Below, piece by piece: positions 12,488-23,103 of a stretch of 64,000 nt of DNA. How positions within the stretch are numbered: position 1 is the stretch's first letter; every line of letters begins with the position of its first letter. The DNA lies in contig OZ316891.1 in the NCBI GenBank assembly GCA_973895155.1, forward strand, positions 26,163,899-26,227,898, given 5' to 3'. A program made the position numbers and the translations under genes. Under the pieces are notes generated by a model that worked only from the letters and a program-made list of their open reading frames with translations, searched no databases and was not told the origin of the DNA. The stretch is from Marsupella aquatica (lineage: Eukaryota; Plantae; Marchantiophyta).

Positions 12488-15400
12488 TCACACTTGGTCC
12501 TCATCGGCCTCAAGGTCATCTAGGTCTGATACAATAACATCTGGCTTCTCAGAAACAATGGAACGAGAACGTGGCACATAGGTGATGACAATTGACCACT
12601 CGGTGTCTAAGGGGTATGGAATGTAGAAACATTGCTCCAAGTGTGATGGGAAAGCAAATGGTTCTGACGTTTGCCAATGAGATGCTTGAACACTAGTGGC
12701 ACTTGTCTTCAACCGTGTAAACCCACTCTCATCTTGAAGTACAGTGCAATTTTGACCAACAAGGTTCACTTTGAACCACTTGCACTTGAAGACATATTCC
12801 TCAAACTTTGAATGGTTGTCATATGATACCACCAAGATCTCCTCTATCTTCCCATAGTGTGGCACAACATCTCTAACAATGTTCCTGTCATGGCGGCTGC
12901 TTCTGGAGTCTTGAGAAAATTCCCCTTGAACTCCACAATCAAAAGTACGACCCCTCTTCTCATCAAGGGAAGAAACCCTAAAATTAACAAAACCCACAAA
13001 TTTTTATTACACTATAAAAGATACCATTAATGTAATAATCATCAAAATATGACACCCATCCCTAAATAGCCAAAACCCACATGGCCTATGGCATAAATAT
13101 AGAAGCCAACATTACAGTTATGGATGTCATTAATGATAATAGAAAGTTTTTAAACAATAGAAATAACTAATCAAAATAAGGTCTACATGAATTAATAGAG
13201 GAAGAAAGGTTAGGTACTAGTGGACCTGAAGTGTCTCCCTTGTGTCCACATAGCCGTCTTGGATGTCACCACTCTCAAAGGGCCATGAACAATGGTCCGA
13301 ACGTCATCTGTGATGGTAGGAAAGTGGGACACATCTCCTCCTTGTGTCACCATGTCATCCAACTCAAGCAACTTTGGCTTCATATACTCATGCATCTTAG
13401 GAAAAATTCTTGCTCTTTGACTTGTTCTCTTGGCATTCTCATAAAACTCTCTCCATTTCTCCATGATATTACTATTACTCAACATAAATGTTGTCAACTG
13501 TGACCACTCTGTTGATGTCAACATACGTGTTTTTGTGGCACCTGTTAAACGGTCCTCCTCCTCTTCTCTTTCCTCCATCCAAGTACGTGGACAAGTAGGA
13601 TCAATGGTGGCCAAGATGTTACTACAATAAAACATACTCTCTGCTGCCAAGTATCCTGTAGCTATGCTTCCCTCCACCCGTGCACGGTTACGTACATAAG
13701 CCTTCAACACCGCCATGTAACGCTCAAGCCAATACATCCATCTACAATGCACTGGACCTGCAATGGCAACCTCCCGCACAAGATGCACAAGTAAATGAAC
13801 CTGACAATCAAAGAAGGAAGGAGGAAGGGCTTTCTCCAACTTGCATACCACCTCAGCTGCCAATACCTCCATCCCAGGGATCTCTTCTACATATATCTCC
13901 TTTGAGCATATCCATCTCAACAAACGACCCAATGACCAGATGGCATCTTGCACTTCTTCACTCCCTATACCTATAATTGCCACTGGCAATATATGCTGCA
14001 ATAGGCGATGATAGTCATGTGTCTTCAGATATCGTGGCCACTTGTGATTGTCCTCCATCCCAAAAGCTTTTCGAAGGTTGGCACCATAGCCTGTAGGAAA
14101 CCGCATCTCTCCTATACGGTTCCGAAATTCACGTCTTTGGCCAACACTCAACACCCAAGGAGCAGAAGGACGATTCTCCACACCTGTGATAGGATCAATT
14201 GTCACCCAAACATCTGGATGCATTTCCATCTCCTCGCATGCCTCCCTAAAATTAGTGTCCTTCTCCCCATAAAAATGCTTTATCAAAGCCTTCCCCACAT
14301 TTCCCTCTATGTGCATGGGGTCTAAAAGATGGCGGATCTTCAACTCAGACCAATAGGGCAAAGTGGCTAGTATACTCCACCTGGTCAAACCTGTCCTATC
14401 AAAGGTGAAGGAATCATTTGGGTCTGCCACCCTATTAGCTAGTGACTTCCAATGTGCAAAACTTGTTGCATCAGGAATTTCACGCTCATCACCAAATGGC
14501 ATGTCAAAGGAGGAGAATAGAAGTGGGTCAAACCTCATCTCATGCCCCATGGGAAGAAACTTTGTTTGCCCAATATAAACAATCTTTCTAATCCATGAAC
14601 GATATGTGGCCATGTCCTCTAAGCTTGGGCCACAAGTAGAGCAAGCTTTGTACCCCTGAGTTTGCAATCCAGAGACAAAACCAAACCCTGCTTACATAGA
14701 AGAAATCAAACCATGCAAACTTTATGTTAGGGTTGTCACATGAGAAACATCAATAGGAACTACACATTATTGAAGGGTTGCAAATGGCATGGAAGTCATC
14801 TTACCAGGATAGTCATGCATTGTCCAACAAATGATCCCTCTCAATTGAAAGACACGTGGAAAACCTCCTGTAATTTTCCTGCCATCATATGCCCACACTC
14901 CATTCCATAATTTTTGAAGTTCTCCAACCAATAGTGCCAAGTAAGTGTCAAAGTTCTTCACCTTTTTTGGACCTGGGATAATCAAAGACAATAAAAGGAA
15001 CCCCTTCTTCATGGATAGCCATGGTGGGAGGTTATAATTCATGACAACCACAGGCCAAACTGATGTAGGTTGCCCCTTTCCTCCAAGTGAATGAGGGCTA
15101 ATTCCATCAGATGCCAATCCTAGCCTCACATGGCGAGGATCATGTGCAAAGTCTGGCCATGTTGCCTCAATATGTTTGTGAGCAGGGGAGTCAACTGGCA
15201 ACCGCATGACACCAGACTCTGATCGATGAGTCTTATGCCATACCATCAACTCTGCCAAGTCAGAACACCGATACATGTGCAACAACCGAGGAATGATGGG
15301 AAACCAACGAACAGCCTTCCTTGGCACCTTCTTTGTTAGCATGTTGGGGTCATAGCGAGGCTCATCACATGTTGTACATTGTGTCATGTTTGCATTGGCC

Positions 15401-17306
15401 CCATGAAATAACATGCAATCATTCACACATGCATGAACAATATGATATTCCATGCCAATAGATGAGAGAACACTCTTTGCCTCCTTCCAAGTTGCTGGCA
15501 ACACATTCTCAGTGGGCAACATAAGGTCATGGCAAAGTGCAAACATATCAGATAACAAGGCATTGCTTGCCTTGTGTTTGGCCTGTAGGTTCATCAACCC
15601 CAAGATGGCTGAAAGACGACTCAAACGAGCACCCTCATAGATAGGTGTTCGGGCATGTTCCTCTGCTTCTTCCCATTGGCGTTGTCCCTCAGGGGTATGC
15701 CTTGGGCGTGGATCATTGGGGGGCACCTGCCCTTCATTGGGAAGGTCATCACCAAGGTTGTCGGCACCAAACCAATCAACCATAAAGTCATCCATGGCTC
15801 TATCCTGGTCATCAGTTACTTGTTCATCCGTCCGAGGTACCTCTTCATCAGGGTTACTGCTTCCACTAGCACTTGATGAGGAGTGTGACTCTGATCCATG
15901 TCCTTCTTCTGGCATACCCATTTCTCGATATGTTGCTCTCAATCTCCGTGGTAACATATTTGGAGAGGGTCGCACATTCTAAAAACAAAGCAAACAATTG
16001 AAAGTTATATTGCAAAGAGAACACACACAAAAATGGGCTAGGGGTGTGCAAAAATGAAATAATATTGGTTGTGGTGCAAATACAAAATGTGGCCAAAGGC
16101 CATATGTAGTGCCCTTTGATATGCAACATACCACCTATGACCCTTAACTTAACCCTAATCCCACTCATAGTGAGTAAATAACTCATCCCCTGAGTTAATG
16201 GTCCTTGTTGCTACAACTAGGCAATGGTCATGATGATATGTCTGGCCATAAGGTGCTGGCGGAGGACCCTCAATGAAAACCCACTCACAATTTTGCCTAC
16301 GCTTAGGGCGAGTCCCCACGGTACTGTTTATGAAACCAGCAATATTCCCAGTCCGTATGGGGTCCCCATCTATGACACGCTGCTCACTATACCTTCTAGT
16401 GTTTCCATCAAAGTATCCATGTCCAATGCATAAGTCTTCCACTCAGGGTGTTGTGCAAGGATCATGTTCCAATGTCTTCTCTTGTAGATGGGTCCACCAT
16501 AAGGAAACAAAGTAGGCCCCTCTCGGCCGCGTCCACCTCTACCACTCTCGGCGTCCACAATGATGTCCTCACAGGCAAAAACTCCATAGCCATGTCTATC
16601 CCCAAGTGTGGAAGGTTTGATAACCCAACGTCTACCCCAAACCTCTACCTCCACACCGTAGGAAAGCTGTTGTGGCAAACCAAGAGTCTCAGGATCCCAG
16701 TCCTTGATGATAGGGACACATCTGCCAGTGAACTCACAATCACCCCACCGACCCGTAACCACTGCCTTGTACAAATCAGTATCCCCTCGGGCCCGCCTCT
16801 TGGAACGCTTTCTCCCTCTTGGGACAATAGCCTCAACCCCAACTTCCCTAGGACTGGTCGGCCTTGCCGCTAGACCCAAGGCTTTTGAGAATGCATTGCC
16901 TATAGCATCTAGAACACCTTGTGATGGGACATAGGGTGCTTGTGCCGCAGGTCTAGGCCTATTGGATACCTATTCCACCGAAACCAAAACAAACAAAAGT
17001 AGGTGTGAAATTGCAAACCTTCAACCATTGAGTAATGGGAATAGGGTAGGAAAACTAAGGCATAACACTTACCATATGAGATGAAGAAGCCCCTGCCGTA
17101 TGACGTCCACAACGCCCATATCTCTCAATATGTTGGGCACATATGTAAGATTTTTGGGAAACCTGACCCACACATCTGGAACATTCACAAAGTTGACGGG
17201 GTGGACCGCGAGGAGGAGGTGCGGTCGTGTGATGTTGAGGTGGAGGTGGTGTATCTTCATCAGAGGAGGACGAGTCTGTGGTGGAGATTTCAGAAGATGA
17301 AGACAT
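12488..17306 (-). CDS. Element B Tnp2/TnpD transposase, 4 exons, predicted 1119 aa, no disabling lesion seen
   Basis: Predicted exons 17306-17073 (CECSRC...HIERYG domain; donor GTAAGT), 15978-14805, 14687-13226 and 12977-12488 total 3360 nt, with GT-AG introns and consistent phases. Junction peptides: SHM/NVRP, DYPG/FGFVSG, HFR/VSSLD. Motifs VHACVNDC, RHVRLGLASDG, LDPMHIEGN, LKTHDYH, WMYWLERY, EPFAFPSH. Confidence 0.9.
16155..16969 (-). CDS. SET-domain (lysine methyltransferase-like) alternative exon in intron 1 of the element B transposase; one 1-nt frameshift at ~16410-16412
   Basis: All four SET motifs occur in order: IKPSTLGDRHGYGVFACEDI, LFPYGG, IDGDPIRTGNIAGFINS...N, VVATRTINSGDELFTHY. 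The acceptor AATAG|GTATCC at 16969 is phase 0 and in frame with ORF 16370-16879. Adding one T to ACTTTGAT joins ORFs 16370-16879 and 16155-16442 (ALDMDT-FDGNTRRY). Confidence 0.85.
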
Positions 17307-17311
17307 ATCCC

Positions 17312-18605
17312 CTGTAACAAGATATAATTAAAATGGGCATGTTATGACCAAAACATACCACAAAATGATATAAATCAAAGTTCCCAAATAATGATGACAA
17401 GAAACCCAAACCAAAATGACCATAGCAATAAAAAAGGTACCTTTATGAGACCCGGGCTCAGCAGTGCCAATAGCTCTTGTGGCTCTAAGATAATTAATGA
17501 ACCCAATCTGAAAGTATGAGGGAAAAGCTGCAACCATTCCATGTATATGTAAGCACAATAATCTGGACCAGACAAGAACAAAAAACCCTACATACATGTC
17601 CCCTTTATACATAGTGGCAACAGTAAGTGTTAAGTACATGAAAGGAACACTTTAGCCGATCATGCAATGTTTACCTTTCAGATGCCCGGGCTCTCACAAT
17701 GCATATGCATTAGTATCAAATCATCAAAAAGTGCCGCACCCTGCAAGCTATCATATATTCCCCTCCTTTGTTAGCAAAACCCATGCCAATCCCCTTTTGA
17801 TTCATAAACCCAATGAACCTCTCTTAAACCCAAAAGGCTGCAATATAAATCTCATGAAACCTTGCTTTGTCTTATCCAAACCTTCAACCCCAAACCGCAT
17901 CCTACCTATTAAACCTAAATCTGACTTACACACAAACCCAAACCTTTCTTCAACCCTAGAGACCTTTCTATTTAAAAACCCCAAACCCTAAAACCCTAAA
18001 CCCAAACCTTACTTATTTCTTGTAAACCAAATCCCACACCTTTATTATTTCTTCTAAACTAATGTAAACCCAAACCTTAGCCTAAACCAACACCATACAT
18101 AACCCATTAACCTGAAATCTGCCTAACCCTTCAAACCCGCCTTCAACTATTATCTAACACCCAAAACATGGCCAAAAAGCATTCCAAATATGAGTATAGA
18201 GGGGTCCACTTCACCTTTGAAAAAAACCCTTTCAAATGAAACCAACATTCCCCCAGGACGAGTTGCCAATGTCTTGCGAAGCCGCTTCCTTCGCAAATAC
18301 CATCACAAATTAGAATTGAAGTTTGCGAAGCTACTGCTTTCGCAAGACCTTCAGAAAAACAGAGCCCGAGAGCATTTTTGCGAGAGAGCGAAGGTGTTGC
18401 GAAGCCTTTCACGTCGCAATGGTTTCGCAAAATTGAGAAACTATATGCGAAACAAGAAGAATCGCAACTTGCGAAACGGGTTGCTTCGCAAGTCTTTCCC
18501 GCTTGTACTTTTGCACTCGGCCGCGGCGTACTCAGCGGCATTTGACAAATTTCAAGCGTAGGGAGGGAGAAGGGAGCTCGCGCGCGCTCGGGGGGTGGCT
18601 TGGCT
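17312..18605. promoter_or_regulatory. Intergenic (bidirectional promoter / 5' UTR) region of element B with AAACCCTA-like tracts and a TTCGCAA array
   Basis: Lies between two divergent ATGs (17306 minus, 18606 plus). AAACCC(TA) repeats at ~17800-18140; TTGCGAA/TTCGCAA cluster at ~18270-18495; splice acceptor at 17312, 5 nt before the transposase ATG. Confidence 0.6.
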
Positions 18606-20570
18606 ATGGATTCCAGTGGAGCAAATGGAGGTGATAGGGCAGGGGTGAGTGAGAGTGGCAATGGGTATGAAGGCAATGGGGAGCAGGAGAGGAATCGATG
18701 GACCAATTTGATGGCTGAGCACCTCAATGCAGCACAGTTGAGCCACTTAGATTTGACTACACCAGCAGGGATTGCTTCTTTGAGTGCAATCCTTGGGCAA
18801 GCCTTGCAAACGGGAGTAGATGCAGGGAACATTGCAAGGGAGGAGGAGCAAAGGAGTGCAGCTCAACAGAAGGCAAGAGAGAAGAAGCGTAAGAAGGAGG
18901 AGAGGGCCAAGGCAGGAGTAGTCTCACCTGTTGCCCTAGAAAAGAAGAGGAGGAGAGAGGAACGAGATGAGATAAGAGCACAACGGGAGGAGCAGCGAAA
19001 GAAGGAGGAAGAGAGGAAGAAGCTGCCTATGATTGCCTTGATCGAAGGCATTCCTACTGAACTGGCCTACACCGGGGCAAAGAGCACTATCAGGCTTATG
19101 GTGCGCTCCAATTTTGCACGAGGAGTTGAGTGGGGGAAACTCAGCAAGGCAGACCAGAAGAAAGTAATGAGTCAAATCAAAGATTCATTTCGAAATGGAG
19201 CAGAGATTGATGAACAGTGGCTTGCAGATAGAATTTCCAATTCAATGTCTCAAGCACGGTACCATGATAGGAAGAAGGTAAGGGCCTACCTGGCAAACTT
19301 GGAGGAGTACAGAAACGTGAGGAGGCCACTACAATTCACTGAGGACGTGTGGAATGCCTTTTACAAAGTGGAGGTGCAGATGAGAGCTGCCAGGAACCTT
19401 CTCTTCTGGAAGGAGATGGAAGCCAAGGCACAGAAGGCCGGGAAGTCCGACCGAGAGCTCAAGGCAATGGCTGAGAAAGTGTCTCACATGCAGCACATTG
19501 TGGATGAAGTGGGTGCACCACCCCAAAAATTCATCCTTGCAGCTGAGCGAGTCAGCAAACGGCCCAAGACCACGCACAAGATGGGCCAAGGTGGACTTCC
19601 CGGCCTCAAAGCACACTTTGTGAGTGGGCCCTCTCCTCTCCTCCCCTGCTTCTGTTTCCTTGCTTTCAATTGCTATCCAAACCTGCAATGCCCCCCCTGC
19701 ATACCTCTTGTTTCTTTCTTACGGCCTGCCTTGTACTTTAGGTCACCCTGACACATTGCGTGCCTTAGAGATTTCTCGGAATTTTTTAAAAACAGAGTTT
19801 GCGAAGCTTTTGCGATGCGGGTTGCTTCGCAAATGTTTCGCAAACTCTATCATGGCATTTTTTAAAGTTGTAAATGCGAAGCTATTGCGAAATAACTCGC
19901 TTCGCAAACTACTTCGCAAACAGCCAATTTATTTGAATTTGCGAAGTGGGGAGTTTCGCAAGTGTGTATTATGTTTTAAAAAAACCGCTAAGGGTTATTG
20001 AGCCCAGTTTTGTGTTAGGGGGCACCCTAGTAGCACCTCCATGCATTTTTCTTGGGTTTATAGCATATTAACCTCGATCTATTTTGGTTTTGGAATGTTT
20101 GGTTGTGGTAGTATAAGAGGTACCGCAGGAAGATAACAGCAAAAGAGATGGAGATAGGAGCTGCGCATGGAGCCAAACATCTCTTTGACTTGGTTGACGC
20201 AGAGTTGGCGACTGTAAGTGCATGTATCCCCTTCAGTTTTTCCCACCCAATCCACTTATCTTTTCATTCCGTAAACCTAAACCAATTTGGCGTTGTGCTG
20301 TGCAAACAGGATAATGAGGATGCCAGTGATACCAGCAGCACCGATGAGAACAATGAGGGGACCACGACAAAGGGGCCCAAGGTAGGAGGGAGTAGTGGAT
20401 CTGGACCAGTAGGAGGAGTTTCCCAGCAGGAGGGGGAGGAAGAGGACGAGGACGAGGAGGAACCAGATGTGGAGGAGCAGCCAGCACCACCTCCTGTGCC
20501 ACGTCCGGATCGTCGCAAGAGGGACAAGGGGAAGAGGCCGGCGACAAGGAGTAGGAGGACCCCATTCTAG
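18606..20570 (+). CDS. Element B TnpA/PTTA-like protein, 3 exons, apparently intact
   Basis: Predicted exons 18606-19619 (donor GTGAGT), 20112-20213 (donor GTAAGT) and 20310-20570, all phase 0. Charged coiled coil, then W-containing helices (EWGKLSKADQKKV, PLQFTEDVWNAF) and THKMGQGG, as in CACTA second ORFs. Acidic/basic tail. Confidence 0.78.
19797..19962. repeat. Intronic TTGCGAA/TTCGCAA motif array in the element B TnpA-like gene
   Basis: About ten copies of the terminal motif packed into intron 1. Confidence 0.85.
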
Positions 20571-20822
20571 AGCTTGGTGGTGTAGTGCCTATGGGATGCC
20601 CATTTACTTAGTGTAGTATATAGTTTTGATATGGGTAGTCTTATAGGGACCTAGCTTGTCATATGACACCCATCTAGGGTTTAGGGTTTAGGAAACCCTA
20701 ATTTTTGTGTACCTATCAATTTTCTATAAAGCAATTTTGATTCAGACCTCATTCTCCGTGTTGGACGACAAGACCCCAACCATAATTCAAAACTCTAAAT
20801 CTAAACCCTAGCCTCAAGACAT

Positions 20823-21253
20823 CTTGCGAAACCTATGCGAACAACCCAATTCGCATATTTACCATATTGAAGGTATCGCAAACATTATGCAAACCACATA
20901 CGTTCACAAAAATGCGAAGCCATGTTCATGGCATAACTACCATTAACTTAATATCGCAAACCGATTACCAAACGTCTGGGATTGCAAATATTTAACTGCT
21001 TGATTATTATCGCAAGCCTCTCGCGACGCCCACGGAGTCGCTTAAATGTGAGTCCTTTGCGATTCTATTAGTGTCGCAAGTTGCGAAGGCGTTGCGAAGG
21101 TCTTGCGAAAGACCGGATGCGAACCTTTGGGCTTCGTAGTTTGCGATTCTATTGCGATGCGCGATACTTCGCAAAGGCGAGTTTTGTTTTTTGATTTCCT
21201 TTGTTGTTTGCGATGCTTTCAAGTTCGCAAAAGGTGTGGGTAGTGTTGTAGTG
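20823..21253. repeat. Element B right subterminal TTGCGAA/TTCGCAA array and TIR
   Basis: Dense motif copies ending in TGTTGTAGTG. Confidence 0.88.
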
Positions 21254-21538
21254 AAGGTGGAAGTAGGGAAAGCACCTAATGCTGAGGGACAAAGTGGCTT
21301 GTTAGCTGTTGGTGAGAGTGGAACACGAGTAGGATTTGGCAGAGTGCAGGTTGGTTCCACATCGTTCCATGGCAAGAGGATTCCCCCAGGTTATTCAGTA
21401 GTGTTAGTCACATTACTAGTGAAACCTAAAGCTGTCCTTCCCATTCCAAACACAAATGATGATCCTCCTCAAAAGACACTTGGAGATGCTACAGGTTCTT
21501 TGGTATTATGGCCAAGCAAGTTCATAGAGGATCCATAA
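21254..21538 (+). pseudogene. C-terminal end of the element A TnpA-like gene (Tnp1/En/Spm C-terminal-like domain)
   Basis: VGFGRVQVGSTSFHGKRIPPGYSVVLV...AVLPIP...TLGDATGSLVLWP matches the typical C-terminal domain of CACTA second ORFs. In frame with the exon interrupted at 11526. Confidence 0.8.
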
Positions 21539-22512
21539 CTGTAGTATTGTACTAAGGACATAAATCAGCATTTAATGTCCAAAACTCGGTATTCGATCCC
21601 ATGGAAGAACAAGAAAGGAATGATTTTCTATCATTTAACACTTATGAATGACTAAGGTGTCGAAAACACAAAGGTGAGCCTTTTACTATGGTTGCTCAGC
21701 AAGGCATAGATTTGAATGTTTGCTTAACATTGTAAATGCAATTAATAAAATGGAAACAAATAACAAAACACAATGAAATCTTGAGGTATGATGAGAGAGT
21801 CTGGAAAACACCAAGGTAACTTCTCATCAATACTTCATTTGATGTGATTTGGGTGGTAAATCCGTAAGAACATTTCTGGAAGGGATTACTGTACTAGGAT
21901 GATTACTAAAATGCCGTCAACACGTCTCAACTTTTCCTTCCAAAGGTACTCAAAAGAAACTAGTAATCAATCACTTCGATATCCAGTCGGTACTCTGAGT
22001 CACGAATAATAAACACCATCATGATCAAATTGAAGTCACAGGTAATTGGTGAGTAACAATCTTTGCATCCGTGCACAAGCAATGTCATGCCAAAAAAACT
22101 ATGCATCAAGAACTCAAGAAGATGGGTTGTCACCACTTAAGGAATCTGTTCCCTCATACTTCTGAGATTCAACTTCATACAAGTAATTTTACTTCAATGA
22201 TCTAAACTCTCAATCATTCAGACCAAGGAAGGGAGAAGAATTCCTTTGCATTTGCAAGCTCCATACCATACGAAGACACACGGAAGCTTTGCAAAGGTGA
22301 TTACAGTGCTGCAGCACATGCCACAGGCACTACTTTATTTCTTCACACTTGAAAATGACACAAATTCTACTTCATATAGGCTAGCAGGAACGCAAGGAGA
22401 CTGAGAGACTGAGAGACCATGCCCTTTCATATCTAAAGGGTCTTGAATAAACTTAATGACGGTCATCCTTGAAAAGTGAATGGACACTGCTGAAAGTGTC
22501 AAAAATGCAGGA

Positions 22513-23103
22513 GACGCTTCTCAAAGCATCGGTGTTTTTTCGGTAAAACTAATAAACAGTGATCTTAATCTAATTTTAATTTCTAAACTAAAAGTCGGAA
22601 TGAGTTGAAACGTTTCTAGGGTACTCTACTACATATAATTTCTATGCTGACAAAGTTTTAGACTTTTCTGAGATCTCTAAGTGCCTCAAATAAATCGGTA
22701 AAAGTGGCGCGGTGTTATAAAAGTGCGAAAACTGAAAATTTTTCTAAGTGTCGGGAACATAGTGGACGCTTCAGAAAGCGGCGGAGTCAGGGGTGGACGC
22801 TTTTCAAAGCGTCCAAAAATACAAAGGACTTTTGTGGACGCTTTAGAAAGCGTCAGCTGAATTTCGAGGTTTTGGTCACAGCGTCCATCTTCTGGTCTTC
22901 GGGCGGGACGCTTCAGTGGGCGTCGCAATGTCGATGTCGCCTTCGGGGTAGCAGATGCTTCTGTGGGCATCGCTCCTCATGTGGATTGCAGAGCATCGGA
23001 GTACAACTGGTTGGGTGGCGGACGCTTCAGAAAGCGTCGTGGTCTTGGGTGGACGCTTTTCAAAGCGTCCAAAAATACAAAGGACTTTTCTCAAAGCGTC
23101 GGC
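22513..23103. repeat. Element A subterminal palindromic repeats GGACGCTT(N)AAGCGTC
   Basis: Several copies, e.g. GGACGCTTTTCAAAGCGTCC at ~22795 and ~23051, the latter two within a longer duplicated segment. Confidence 0.82.

Larger units (their letters stand above)
11527..21253. mobile_element. Complete CACTA element B (9727 bp), probably autonomous, carrying a SET-domain exon
   Basis: AAG|CACTACAACA...TGTTGTAGTG|AAG: perfect 10-bp TIR and 3-bp TSD (11524-11526, 21254-21256). Excision restores the element A reading frame (AERSK/VEVGKAP). TTCGCAA/TTGCGAA subterminal arrays at both ends. Confidence 0.96.

Noticed and set aside
16155-16969. SET exon as an independent host gene or a separate nested insertion
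   Set aside because: It lies within B's TIRs, has no ATG-bearing first exon other than the transposase exon 1, and I see no TSD or terminal repeats around it.
18143-18832. ORFs of 229 aa (minus) and 123 aa (plus) in the B promoter
   Set aside because: They arise from the TTCGCAA array (repeated LRK/FAK peptides) and from antisense of the TnpA-like exon.
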